Shown here: one piece after another, positions 1 to 13,673 of the stretch
Numbering within the stretch: position 1 is the first letter of the stretch
Layout of the letters: each line of letters begins with the position of its first letter
NCBI RefSeq assembly: GCF_009914755.1
Contig: NC_060931.1
Direction: 5' to 3' (one strand)
DNA: 64,000 nt
DNA from: the human T2T-CHM13v2.0 reference genome, Homo sapiens
The notes under the pieces: model-generated
Told to the model about the DNA's origin: nothing
Seen by the model: only the letters and a program-made list of their open reading frames with translations
Databases searched by the model: none
Translations under genes and position numbers: made by a program

Positions 1-744
1 CAGATCTGACCTCTGGTGCCATCATGGATATTACATTGCAGTGGAGACAGCCTGGCTGGGTTTTGGCCATCCTCACTGGCAAAATCACTGACTAATCACT
101 GCAAAGTTATTAGTGGCTCTGATAGTGAGGAATACCAGCTAACTGCAAGCTTTTCCTTCTCAAATCCCTTTTGGTTTTTCTCCCTGCTGCCCACCCACCT
201 CGGCATGCTGTGACACTGGACTGACAGTGGGGAATTGGGATGCCTCTTCCTCTAGGTCACAGAGACCATTAGAGTCATGAGCACTTACCACTAACCCGTC
301 TTTTAACACATTTTCTAGGAAACCCTTTACTCCTGTCCTTCTGTAAATTTCCAGGCTGGCCTCTCTTGTATGAGCTTTGACTTATTCTCCAACAGATCCT
401 TAATTCCCTGCTTTTGGTGTGTTCCCAGGATCTTTCTCCCTAATAACTCAGGCCCTAAATCCACAAAGGATGGTGACTTGCTCTGCTATCATATTCATCT
501 GAGAATATATATCATAACAGGCTTGCTTCTTCCTTTTGACAAAACCTAGAGTCAACCCTGGAATAATGTGTCAATTGCAACAGGCATCTGCAATATTTGC
601 TGCTTAGTAGACAGAACCTGGAATTTCCCTGAGACAAATTATGTTAATAACTGACAAAAGGTGAGAACCCGGCATAAACATGCCATACAAATCAGTTATG
701 AAAGACAAACAATACAAAAGAAAAAGGAGCAATAATCTCCATGA

Positions 745-1500
745 AAGGATCATTGAAAAAGAGAAAACCTGAACAGCCAATAAACCCTTGAGAAGAAACT
801 CAGCCTCATGAGCAGTCAGGGAAATGCAAATAAAACCACCACCGGCTTAGCAAAACCTTAAAGTTTGATCATATAAAATATAAACAAGGCTGATGGGGGA
901 ATGAATATTCTCAGAGCCTTCTGGTAAGAATGCAAATTGTTCAGCCCCTTTGGAGACAATATATCAACATGCAGGGACATTGCTAGTGTACATGACACAC
1001 GGCCCAACATTTTTTTCCAAAGTAAGAATCCTAGAGAATCTTTTGCAGGTGTATATAAGAAGATGTTTACCAAGATGTTCGTCAAACCATTGAAAAAAAT
1101 AGATACATTCTAAATATTTGTCAATAGTAAATGGAGAAATAAACCATGGTGTATACTCATATAATGGAATAGTACCCAGCACCTAAAATGAGTGATCTAA
1201 AAGTTACAATGTATCAACATGGATAATTCTGGAAAACCCAATGCAGTATAACACAATTTATCTAGACTTAAAAGTAAAAAAAAAAATGATGACTATGCAT
1301 ACTATTTCTAAATATATACCTTTGTAGTCAAAGCATTAAATGATAGAAAAGGTGAGCATCAGATTCCGTACTGTAGTGACTCTGGAGAGAGTATGAGGAA
1401 CGGGAAGAGGAAGGAATACTCTAGGGACTTCGACTATATCCAAAACTACTGTATTCCTTTAAAAAACAAAGCAAAATGTTCATATATATATTAAATATAG
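745..1500 (+). mobile_element. Old L1 (L1M/L1ME-type) 3' fragment
   Basis: Degenerate L1 ORF2-end/3'UTR motifs (cagggaaatgcaaataaaaccac; gaatgcaaattgttcagcccctttgga; aataaaccatggtgtatactcatataatggaata). Boundaries approximate. Confidence 0.6.
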
Positions 1501-2477
1501 TTGGGCATATGGGTGCTTTTCTTTGTATCTAAAATACTCCTCTTTTTTCATTAATATTATAAATACTTCCATTTTATGTAAGAATGGATCTTTTAAGCCC
1601 TTGATATGATGGATAAACCTAACAACTAAACTCAAGATCCTTCCTTCTTTCTGGATTTTGGTCCTCTTCTTTGGGGCTTTGACATGAAGCACAATGATGA
1701 AGCCAAAGCAGTAAAACTGTGTGCTGGACTCAGAGGGCACTTTGGGCCAATGAACCTCTCTTCAGGCCAGGGCTACAAGTCAGTGCTCAGACACTTCCAG
1801 AATGCTCTTTTTGTTTCATTCTCCTTTAAATGCTACAGAGAAGGAAACAAAGGGAGATGCCCCCCATGGCTTTAAGCCAAACCCTTAATTTTATTTGAAT
1901 ATAGTTTTGTCATTTAATTACTGCCATTTTTTTCTTTTCTCTCATTCTTTCTTTTTTTAAATCTTCCAGATTGCTGTGTAATTTTTGTATCTATGCAGAT
2001 TAGAGTAAGAGTTTATGAAGAACCAGCCACATAATTAAGGATATAACAGAATCTTCCACTTTACAGCCATCTTCCCCAATTTAAAAAAATGACACTTTCC
2101 ATTTGTGAATCATGCATTGCTAGCTTCCAAGTTTTTACTTAAGACAAATATTTTCTGTTCAAAGCCTGCTGCAATGAATTTCCAGCCTGGCAAGTAAACA
2201 TGGATTTAAGTTGACAAGTCATCTCTGGAATTCACTGGCATTTTTGCTCTGGATCCGATTCTAAGAAGAAACAGTGATATATGCATGAGTGGTCTTATAT
2301 GAAAACCATATGAGAAATTCCTCCCTCATTCAGGGCCTTTCCTCGAGAGCTTTGGTAGGACCTCAAGTTAGAACTCATTTTAGATTTAGAAAGACCTCCT
2401 GGCTGCACCTGTATGTCTTTTTATTGCCTGCCTGAACTTGGACACTAAGTTACTTTAAGAGATATAGATATGATAAT

Positions 2478-2850
2478 GGTGGTTTCTCAGCCAGTATCTA
2501 GGGAGCAGGTAGCAGACCCAAATTTGGAAATTGGAAGAAGTTTCATACAGGGACTGTTTACAAAGATATCATCAAAGTAAAGGACACCACAAGACTAGTG
2601 ACCCTAGAACTGTTACCACCCCTTGGCTTCAACCAGCAAGGGGAGGAAGGGGTTTACTGCCAGAGGGAGCTGTGTGGAAAAGGTAGCCTGATGGGAGCCA
2701 TGACCAAGGCACTGTGCCAGGGAGGGGCCAGGAACTAAATACTTCAATTACTCTCCACTCTCCCTCCATTCTCTTATTGGTGCTTCCCACTGGGCAAACC
2801 CAACTAGACCCAGAGAGTAAGGAAGCTCCTTGATTTCAGGAGAGCACACA
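2478..2850. mobile_element. Degenerate ERVL-class LTR fragment (LTR33-like)
   Basis: cttcccactgggcaaacccaactagacccagagagtaaggaagc resembles a recalled old ERVL LTR motif; weak. Confidence 0.3.
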
Positions 2851-3612
2851 GCAGTGCTAACTAAATGTGAGAGCGGATATCAACACACCGGGCTCTCCAC
2901 AAACGTTCTTTCAATGCACTACATATCCACATGCTTAATATTCCACATAAGCTAATGTATATTAAAAATTATTCCAAGGATAATATATTCTCCATTTTTG
3001 GCAGGTAGCAGAGTCAAACTCCTGAGACAATTTATGGAGATGCTCTGATTCCCAAATTAGTCCGCTAGTGGGGTCTAAAAATCAGCAGGCTCAACATTAT
3101 GCTTTGAGCGTATAAATGCAAATGATTCATTGCTGGAAAAGGCAACATGCTTTGTACTGACCAGGAGTGTATTAAAATAAAAACAAATGCAATGGATATC
3201 ATAGCTGATTTTTCACATCAAGAGAAAAACGTCTTTTTGTACTTTTGTGTTGTGTAGAGCACTGATAGTGTATCTTCCTATTGACAGAGGAGACATCTGG
3301 ATCATCAAAGAGAAAACCTACTATGTTCTTTCTAATGTTAAGATTAAATAAAATTCATATTTATTAACTAAGATACAGATTTGAAAAAAAGTTGTAAAAT
3401 GTCTTATTTTTATAATAGAGGTGTAAGATTAAAAAAGCACAATCCCTGTCACTTAAGACAAAAACAAATGGTCCTATTCTGCTAACCAGCAAAGAATATG
3501 CTTTCCATAAAGCTGGATAAACCCAAGGCCAGATACAGGCAGAAACACAGCTATACCCCACCCACTGTACCTCCTTTCCAACTCTGCCTGAATACTTTTC
3601 CACATAAACCTC

Positions 3613-3985
3613 TGATATGGTTTGGCTCTGTGTCCCCACCCAAATCTCATCTTGAATTATAATCCCCATGTGTCAAGGGAGGGACCTGGGTAGGAGGTGA
3701 CTGGATCATGGGGGCAGTTTCCCCTATGCTGTTCTCGTGATAGTGAGTGGGTTCTCGTGAAATCTGATGGTTTAAAAGTGTTTGGCAGTTCCCTGCTTGC
3801 TCTCTCTCTCTCTCTCCTGCCAGCATGTAAGATGTGCCTTGCTTCCTCTTCGTCTTCTGCCATGACTGTAAGTTTCCTGAGGCCTCCCCAGCCACGCAGA
3901 ACTACAAGTCAATTAAACCTCTTTCCTTTATAAATTAGCCAGTCTCAGGCAGTTCTTTACAGCAATGTGAAAATGGGCTACTACA
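3613..3985 (+). mobile_element. ERVL-MaLR solo LTR (MSTA/THE1D-type)
   Basis: Begins tgatatggtttggctctgtgtccccaccc, ends ggctactaca; perfect 5-bp TSD acctc (3608-3612, 3986-3990). Confidence 0.92.
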
Positions 3986-3999
3986 ACCTCCTACTTACT

Positions 4000-5560
4000 T
4001 CAGTTAAATGATATGATGTGTGTATTTTGTGCATATCAGGGTCCTGGTACATACTATGTGCTCAATAAATGTTAGTCGTAGTAAAAAATAATAATAATAC
4101 AGACAAAGGAAGTTCACAGGGCATTCAGGACAAGAAAGTTTATACATAATTTCAAACTTCAAGAAACAAGTTTTATTAAGAAGTTAATATCTGAGACATG
4201 CCTTAAAGGATGACTGGATTCTAACAAGTGAAAAACTGAGTGGGATTGGAAAAGAATACTGGGTCAAGGGAACAGCATTTGTGAAAGTAGTAAATGCTGG
4301 TTATAAATGAGAAGCAGGAATATCGTCATATTCTTGGGCTGCAGAATTTGGACTTAATTAAGTTAACATTGGAGAGCTATTGAAGGAATTAGGGAGGGAA
4401 GTGGCAATAATGATGATAAGAATAGCTGTTGTTTCTTGAGCACTTACTATGTAATGTATCAGGCACTGTTCTAAGTTCTTTACAGGTAGTACTACATTCA
4501 TCCTCACAACTGTCCTATGAAATAGTTGATCTTAAGCACTACATTGAGTTAGGTGCTGCAAGTGATCTCAAAAAGGCTCTCATCGTCCATAACTTCATAT
4601 GTACATTTGCTGGGGATGGGGAGAGAGGGAGTATTTTTATAGAGTTCTTAAATCTCAGGATTGGAAAGTACTTTAAAGTTATTAGCTCATTTAATGTTCA
4701 CAATAATCCCATGAGGTAGGTCCTATTATTATATCAATTTATAGGTTAAAAAAAACTATAGCAGAGAGAGTTAAAATAACTTGCCTAGATTCATGCAACT
4801 AGCAAATAGTGGTCCTGAAGTGTTTGATTTCACGTAGTTTAACTCACTGTTAAAGGGTACTTACTCTTTAGTGCCACTAAACTATTCTCCCACTTAAGAA
4901 ACATCCACTGTAAATTTGTTAGCTGTCATTAACTGGGCTAAAGACTGGGGCTACAGAGATAAATGAAAAGTGGCTCTTGTCTCCAAGGAATCCAGGGTTT
5001 CAGGGAGAAGAGAGAGTCATATCACAGAAAATTACAGTAAATATGATAAAAGCTCTACTGGAGGCATCCACTTGGGGCAATGGGGACTCAGAACTGGAGA
5101 GATCATTGACTAGAGGGTTCAAAGACGGTTTCCCATGGGAGGTGGCCATTAACTAGGTCAGAAAGACTATGCACTTGTCTGACAAGCGTTGAAAGAACTC
5201 ACTGGGCAAGAATGTAACATTTGCAAAGGGGCATGAGAGAACATGGTAGGTTCAGGAAATGGGTGGTATTACTTATGGAAACAGCTCAGAAGAATGTTGA
5301 GAGGGTAGCATTAGCAGGTGTTGGAGTTGGATTGGTTGGATGCATAACAGAATGTCTTCTAGAATTCTGGTCTGGTGTAGTGGGGTAGAAAGAAGAGTGA
5401 GTCACCAGGATAGGGAATGGGGGAGAGGAGGATTTAGAAGCAGGACGTCTGGAGGGAAGGCTAATGAGGTGAGTTTCAGACATGTTCATCTGAGGTAGGG
5501 GTGGGACCTCTGGGTGGAGGGGAAGGCAGTGGGCAATCGGAAATGAGGGTCTAAAGGAAA
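4000..5560. mobile_element. Cluster of degenerate MIR and L2 fragments
   Basis: MIR motifs (gagcacttactatgt...caggcactgttctaag; tcacaataatcccatgaggtagg; ttaaaataacttgcctag) and L2-like purine-rich segments. Confidence 0.5.
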
Positions 5561-5821
5561 GAAAACTGACAACTGTTACAATATCCAGGGTCTGTAACAG
5601 CCATCCAAAGTAAATTATATCATTTAATCATCGTGGAAGTAAAACAGCTCTACCCATAGAAGGTGTTTTTCCTTAAAATGACATTTGCTGCACAGGATTG
5701 TCAAATCAGGTAGAGGAAATAAGGCAGGTTTCAATGGAGATGGCGGGAGATAAATTAGGAGGTAAATGCTTTTAGTTCAAGGACAATCAAGTGCAAGGTT
5801 CTGTGAAGGTCAGTTGGTTTG

Positions 5822-5902
5822 CAGGCCAGGACTAGGATGAGGCAAGAGAGTGAGTGTCTCATTAAATTTTGTCTCATTCAGGTCCCCCTGGTCCTGGCCC
5901 TG
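5822..5902. mobile_element. Short MER96-like hAT MITE remnant
   Basis: Terminal inverted repeats ggccaggactagg ... cctggtcctggcc; start resembles recalled MER96 (cagggccgggactagggtgaggc). Confidence 0.5.
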
Positions 5903-7920
5903 GTGATCTGATTAAGAATCATAAAGAGGCTGATTAAGCAGTGGGTGGCATTTTGTGCAAAGGAGGAGATAGTGGGGCCAAGCAGGCCACTCACAGACGT
6001 GATGAGGACAGCTAGTAGTTCTCGGCCCCCGCTGAATACTGGAATTATCTGGATAACTTGTAAAGAAACCAATTCTCTGACATCCTCTCCACAGGCTCTG
6101 ATTTCACTGGTCTAGAGTGAGACTTAGGCACTGGTAATTTTTTTTTAACATTCCTAAATGATTTTTATATTCAAATAGGGTTGTAAAAGGCTCAACTAGA
6201 AAAGATGACAACTGCTTGCAGGGGAAAATAGGCAATATCAGATCCAGGAAAATAATGTCAAGTGTATAACTGGAACCATCCAAATCTTTAGATGCTGGAA
6301 GTCATTGCAATTTATTAGTAGCATTAGTAATGATACCTTTATAACAGGTAGAATCTACTTTGTTCATCAACATAACCATCCAGGGTGAGGGGGCTTGGAC
6401 CACTTAAATAAAAATGTAACGTCTATGAAAACACAAAGCTACAAATGGTCCCTAGGAAGACAGTCAGTGCTAGGCCATAGGACCAATTTTACAACACCGG
6501 GGAATCTTCATGAAGACTCTTGAATATACGTTCTGTCAGCAATGGCTGCTATAGAGTAGAAGGTGTCACTGTGATGCATATGTAGATAAAAGCAGATTGA
6601 AACAATGTTTATTTTAAGCAGGTAGCCAACGTTCAAAAGATCATCCAGCAATTTCTACAAACCCAGCTCTGCTGTAAACTGTAAAATGAGAAGGTACTCT
6701 TTTGAAGGAAGTACAGTCCAAAAGCAGAGAATTCCCACCAAAAATAAAAAGGAGAACCCCATCCCGCTTTACTTTCCATCTTCATGGAAAGTTTCATGCT
6801 TTTGTGTGTGTGTGTGTCCCTTCCTTCTCTCCTGTTTCCTGACACCCTCTAATTAGTGCTCTCATCGCTGCCTCTGGCACCACGCATGCTGTAGGTGGTT
6901 GGCGTGACACTGGATGCCTGCCCCTGCAGTGCTATTAGGCACCCTGTGGCGCACAAACAAAAAGCCCAGAAAGCCTGACCCAACCATTTTCCTATGAATA
7001 GAACGTGCTTTCTTTATCAAGATAAAAGGTGCTTGTCTATTTGTATAGAGAGGAGATACACATATACGCATAAATATAGAGAACCTTGTGTATGTGTATT
7101 GCATGTGAGTTTCCTAGTCTAAAAAGGTTCTGGGTCAGAAATATTTTGGCATGTCCTTAAATAGATTCAAAGTTCCTGAAAGACGTCCTCCACGTTTGAA
7201 AGACTTAGAGAGTGAAACTTTCTTAGAAGGAAGCTGGAATTGAGTGAAATCTCTTGATCTTGAGATTAAAGAAGCTCCTAAGAAATAGATAATCCTGACT
7301 TTCTTCCAAGCTTCTTTCATGACATCTTAAGGTGGAGCTTCTTCCTTTGCCTTGGAGAGAGAAATCACAGGATCTCTGTAGTTCCAGTCCCTTTCCACCT
7401 CCAGTATGGGATGGAAAGAAGCTGGGTTTTTCTCTCACAGTCAGATATCCAATTAGTATTTATCAAGTGAATACCAAGGGCTGCTTCATTGGCTAAAGAG
7501 GACTTTTGCTCTGAAGTTCTTTCTCTGGAGAGTTATATCTCCACACCTCTGTGGGTGTTGAGCTGTTAAAATGACCATGGTGGATGGTAGTGATCAGGAC
7601 TGAAAATGGGATCACAAGGGAGGATTTGCAAGGTGGCGGGGGGCAGCCTCTTACTGGGGCGGAAAGTCCTAGTACTTACCCAAAAGGGCCAGGGTAGTAG
7701 AGAGTATGATGACTATTTAGGACTACATGTTAGACTCATCACAGCCCACTCGACTCTAAAACTGAATGAACACTGGGCTACAGGCCTTGATGATCTCCTA
7801 TCCTGTCCTAATGTAGGAGGCAGGTTGTCCTCCTTTGCCCTGTATCGTCAGAGACTAGAGCTGATACCTTCTTAAACAGTGGGCAGCGAGAGGTACTCCT
7901 TATTTTACTACTGCAGACAT

Positions 7921-8035
7921 TAGGATACACACATCCCAGTTTGCCTGTGACAGTCCCCATTAATTCTTGGTGTCTTGGTGTGCACCTCCTCTCACAAGTG
8001 TCCAGGTTTGGAAGGAAAATTTTGTTATCACCCCA
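7921..8035. mobile_element. MER94-like hAT-Blackjack element
   Basis: catcccagtttgcctgtgacagtccc ... aagtgtccaggtttgga ... ttatcacccca. Confidence 0.5.
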
Positions 8036-9204
8036 ATGAGAACTGAGTGCTTAACAAAGACTCGATGCTGTGTCCTTACATCGGACTTGTAATATAGGAA
8101 TTGAAATTGAGAGCCTGGCTAATCCAAAGCTAGGAAGATTAATTCTGTTATTAATGATAACTGAGGACTATCTACATCTTAAACAAAATGAGTTAGTTGT
8201 CAAGCTTTGAGGTGCCTTCCCTTTGCTGCGGCAGTGTTCAATGCTTGGGCTCTCTCATACGGTTGTTTCGGTGTTCCAGGGCAGACAGAAGGTGCACAGG
8301 TGAGGGGTAAGCAGGGAGTTCTCTCTCCATGCCACACACACAGAAGAGGCTCCTTGTCCAACTCACACAGAGCACTGTGTGGCTAATGGTGGCCTCAGAC
8401 ATGGTTTGTCACATTGGAAAACGCACATTTTGTTGAAAAGACAAGATGAACATATCACAATTATCGTTAAACCCCACAAGACAATATATGATTAAATCTA
8501 ATTTTGGAGTGCCTGGAGCAGATCAGGGTAGCCAATAAATAAATGTTGAATAAATAAATGGATGGCTATCATTGACTACTCTAAATGTGTGATGGATTCA
8601 GAGAAGGGGAAATGAACAAGGGTTAGCATAGAATGGGTTGTTATCATGGATGAGATGGGAACCTTGAGGGAAGGATAAGTTGAATTGAGTGGATAGGGAG
8701 GATTTATGGGGGTGGATAGAGGTGGGAGAGGAACTTTCCATTTTAGAAGAATAACATGAGTGTGGGAGTCAGACAGTGCAATAGTAATCACACCACATAC
8801 AGTTTTGCCGACAAAAAACCAAAAAACCAAAAAATTTGGTTTTCTAGTGTAAGAGAAAGGAATGATAGAGTCAGTTTTAGAATCTCCTTAGCTATTACTA
8901 ACCACTGGTCTCTTTGAATACTCTTTGTAAGGCAAAGTGAGTACAAAGTGAGTACAACCCTTAGGGGTCGACATCCCATGAACAACAAAACATTTCACAT
9001 GTAGCTCGGAATACATTCAATGTATCTGAGTTCTTTGAGGTAAGGGAAGAAAGTTTATACTAACAATTCTGGTTATTGGTTTGCAACTTATAGACCAATG
9101 AAATATTTACATTCCATTGATATTTCCAAATAGCCAAGAATGCGATAGGGTTTAATACATAAAACCTTTTAGTATAAAAGCTCTAGAGACAAAGGATCTT
9201 TGTC

Positions 9205-9450
9205 GGCCGGGTGCGGTGGCTCACGCCTGTAATCCCAGCACTTGGGGAGGCCGAGGCGAGTGGATCATGAGGTCAGGAGATCGAGACCTTCCTGGCTAAC
9301 ACAGTGAAATCCCATCTCTACTAAATATGCAAAAAATTAGGTGGGCAAGGTGGCAGGCGCCTGTAGCTCCAGCTACTCGGGAGGCTGAGGCAGGAGAATG
9401 GCGTGAACCCAGGAGGCAGAGCTTGGACGCCGTCTATAAAAAAAAAAAAA
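9205..9450 (+). mobile_element. AluY-like SINE with ~49-bp deletion in the right arm
   Basis: Starts ggccgggtgcggtggctcacgcc; AluY-type atcgagac..tggctaac and atggcgtgaacc; A tail; 14-bp TSD aaaggatctttgtc (9191-9204, 9448-9461). Confidence 0.95.
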
Positions 9451-10404
9451 GGATCTTTGTCTTTTTATTCCTTGACATGGCCCAAGCCTCTAGACCAGTT
9501 GCTGGCACATGGTAGCCATGCAATCAGTGTCTGTTGAGTGAATTACTACCCACTGTCCAAGAGACAGTTCTTCTTCATTATCAGAAAAGAACTTTGTGAC
9601 CATTAGTTTAGCTGTCTGAATAGATAAGAGGAAGATTGTTCTGATTTCCTCATGCTTAACATTTAGCCATGATTATAATGGCTGAAAACCTTTGAAGCTT
9701 TTGAACAGATCCCAGTTCTCTATTTCACTGGGGAGAAATTGCCCAGGACCCATGAATTTGGATGTTCTCCCTTTGAGCAACATTCATAGAAGATGTACTC
9801 AAAACAACGCAGACCATATGGGTGATGTTAAGAGCCTTTAGAATCTCACAGACTGAAAATCCATTCTTTTACAACCCAAAGGTGCTGAGATCAGACATTC
9901 TAAAAACCAAAGCTTGCTAAACCTTTTAAAAGTAAATAGTTTCTATACTGCATTATTGGGGTTGAAAGGGCAAACTGGGTATGGCAGTTTTTTCTATCTA
10001 TTCTCAAATGCTTTGACATGACAGTCAGGATGAAGGGTAGCATTCATGTCTTAGACCAAAAAATCACATTGGTTCCAACAAGGTGATTCAGACAGTGTAA
10101 GGATGGACTTATATGCTAATTCTACTTCCAGTAACAGCTCATGTCACCTTTAGCAAACTGGGTTATTCTCAAAAAGTTAAAGACCATGCCCTGAAATTGG
10201 TCTTTGGGATATAGCTTATAATTAAGAATAAACCAACTTGCAAATGACTCTACCTTAGATATAAAAATAATAACAGTTCTAATCACCAAAATCAGCACAG
10301 TTACATAGTTACATTAATGAAATGAACAAGGAAAAATATATTTTCATACATAAATTTATAGATCTCTATAGGAAAAGAGAAGGGATTGATCTATCTAAAT
10401 ATAT

Positions 10405-10476
10405 TTCTATATCTGTCTAGTAAGGCATTTACTAGACAGATACAGAATTATAGATTCCACAGAAGGAATCTATAAT
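10405..10476. repeat. Two adjacent inverted repeats (19-bp and 12-bp stems)
   Basis: ttctatatctgtctagtaa-ggcat-ttactagacagatacagaa (1 mismatch), then attatagattcc-acagaa-ggaatctataat (perfect). Confidence 0.9.
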
Positions 10477-10942
10477 ACTACTAAAGATAGACTATCAGCT
10501 CACCTATCAAAACTGTACTCCACTCTTTTGTGTCTTAACAATGTACTTTCTATCATTTTCAGTTTTATTTATTGGCTACATATTTGAGAGTCTTTCAGTC
10601 TATCACAACTCTTCTTTGTGCACCTTACCAAAAGAAACCCAAAGTAAAGAGAGCAAGGCACACTTTAATAGCCTGTTCAGATATGGTCTAATTTAAAAAC
10701 CAAACATTCTCTTAAAGCCAGAGAAAAACTCTTGACTTAGGTCAGATGACCTCAAATCAAAGCAATAATAGGTTCTCAACAAGCATTTAATTCAAGATAA
10801 TATAACGGAAATGCCTAGCACAGGGCCGGGAACATAACAGTAACTCAGTGGTAGCCATTGTCACTATTATTTTAAAAAACTAAAGTCTGACATATGGTTT
10901 TGCTTTTTTTTTTCATGATTGGGTAAATATATTTCATTAAAT

Positions 10943-11115
10943 CATGGTTCTCAAATCAAGCTGGGCATGAAAATGAGCTGATGTTTAAAATACAGATTCC
11001 AGACCTCCCTAAGTCAGTCTCTAGAAACGAAAAACCCTGAATCTTCATTAAAGAAAAAAATCTTCCCAGGTGATTCTGATGTAGATGGCCCATGGACTTG
11101 CACAGGGAGCCATTC
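10943..11115. mobile_element. MER5-type hAT-Charlie element
   Basis: catggttctcaaa ... aaaatacagattcc ... cccaggtgattctgatg. Confidence 0.55.
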
Positions 11116-11368
11116 CATTGCCTTAGGAGATTTTTCATTAAAAACTTGAAATATCAAGAATCTATTATATTTTATCAAAAAGAAAAAAGCATACAATTAT
11201 GTGTATGTGTAATATATGCTACGTATATATTACATATATTACACATACGTAAAATTGTACACTTTTACACAGAGTATATGTATGTGTATATAGACACATA
11301 GTATATATATGTGTCTATCTATGTATCGATCTATCTACCTATCTATCTATAATGTATGTATACACATA

Positions 11369-11780
11369 CAGTTGATCCTTAAACAACAGGGGTTTGAACC
11401 ATGAGGGTCCACTTATATGTAGATTTTTGTCTGCCTCTCCCATGCCTGAGACAGCAAGACCAATCCCTTCTCTTTTTCTTCCTCTTCCTCAACCTACTCA
11501 ACAGGAAGATGACAATGAAAACTTTTATGACAATCTACTTAATAAATAGTAATGACATTTTATCTTCCTTGTGATATTCTTAACTTTTTCTCTAGCTTAT
11601 TTTAAGAATACAATCTACAATATGTATAACATACAAAATATGTGTTGACTGTTTATGATATTGGTAAGGCTTTCAGTCAATAGTAGGCTATTAGCTTTCA
11701 GGGAGTCAAAAGTTATACATGGATTTTAAATTGTGTGTAAGTGGGCACCCCTAACCTCTGCATTGTTCAAGGGTCAATTG
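11369..11780 (+). mobile_element. Tigger2a/MER28-like TcMar-Tigger element
   Basis: TIRs cagttgatccttaaacaa ... ttgttcaagggtcaattg; preceded by TA; internal gggtccacttata motif. Confidence 0.85.
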
Positions 11781-11892
11781 TGTGTGTGTGTGTATATATA
11801 TACACACACACGTATGTGTGTATATATATATACACACATGTATGTGTGTGTGTGTGTGTATATATATATACATACATACACATGTATGTATA
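11781..11892. repeat. Compound (TG)n/(TA)n/(CA)n microsatellite
   Basis: Alternating purine-pyrimidine blocks read directly. Confidence 0.95.
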
Positions 11893-12971
11893 TTTTTAAT
11901 TTCCAATAACTGCTTCTCAGGGAGTAAGACTTGTCTTTTTTTTTTTTAGACTTGTCTTATAAGCATTACTAAATTGCTATCCGGAACTAAAATGAGTGAC
12001 AGAAGACAATAAATCTCTTTAAAATTTGAGCAGCAAATCATTCACATACTGGAAAGTTTCATCTCAATACATGTGTCCATTGACATCTGTAATATGAAAA
12101 CACTGAATATAACTTTTTGAAAATCTGATCTCAAAAGGTGCCTTTGTACTGCAAAAGGGGACTTAGAAAATACTATTGTCTAAAAAACTGGGGAACTTTC
12201 AGAAATTTCCCAGGATGGATTCCTGGCATTGAGATGGTCGTTGCGCATCTCATGCCTCTCCTCAGTTCAGCCCTCCCTGCTGTGAACACTGTACTCAGAG
12301 CTTGATTGTGTACAAATGTTTAGACCATTTCATTCAAGGGCTGGAGGGAGGCCTGGGGACAAACGAAAATGAAGGAGAGCCATTTCTGTGGCTGGGGAGG
12401 CCACTTAAGTCAGTGGGAAGTTAATTGACTTTTGACTGGGGGTGGAGGTATTTGCTATATCCTAGGGAGAGTCATTTTTAATGGTGTTGCAGTCTGATCT
12501 GTACCCATATTCTTAGACATGAATAATTTAGAGAGAAAATACTTCTCTTTCATTCTCTTCTTTAATTCACCATTTGCAGGAATATTCTAATAGGAAAGCC
12601 TATAAAATTCTGAGACTCGGACTGAGGGAATACTGTAGAGAACAATTCCACGTTATGTGAGCAAGGATAAAAACAATGCCTTTTCCCTCCCTCCCTCCCT
12701 GTCTCTGTCTCTCTGTCTTTTCCACAGAAAAAGATGAGCCAGCTGGGCCAAGGCAATGGTAATTGTCAGAATTCAGGGGTCTTATCCATCATGGACTGGA
12801 TGTATTAAGATGATTATAGCTTTATCATAAGGAACAAATGAACAGAGACTTTCATGTGCCTCAGAGAGGGATGCAATTCTTAGTAAACAATCCACATAGG
12901 AAGATAATTGAGCACAACTTTGCAGACAGAGCTCATGATACTCTGGGAGAAGCCCTGAAGAAAGTAATACA

Positions 12972-13307
<336 letters not shown>

Positions 13308-13673
13308 TCACCGGTGTCTTCCATATAAGTGCCCACCCAGCATGGTGCCTGTTACATAGGTGCCACACCAAAATTATTTACTGAATGAATAAACAACTAA
13401 CTTGAGCGATGACAAAGGCATTGTGGGGGAAAAAAAAACTGGAAGGGAAGTGCCCATATGTTAACAGTGATTTATGTCTCTTTTACTTTACTTTTTGTAC
13501 AGATTTTATGTAACATGTATTACTTTTATAATTCGAAAAGACAAATAAATACAAAAATAAACAAGGTCTCCTTGTTTTCTAATTCCTCAGTTTTCCCTGC
13601 CTGAGAGCTTTGTGGTCTGTTTCCCTATTGCTGGCAATTACTTTCTTATTTCATCCCATGAAGGAATGTTCAG

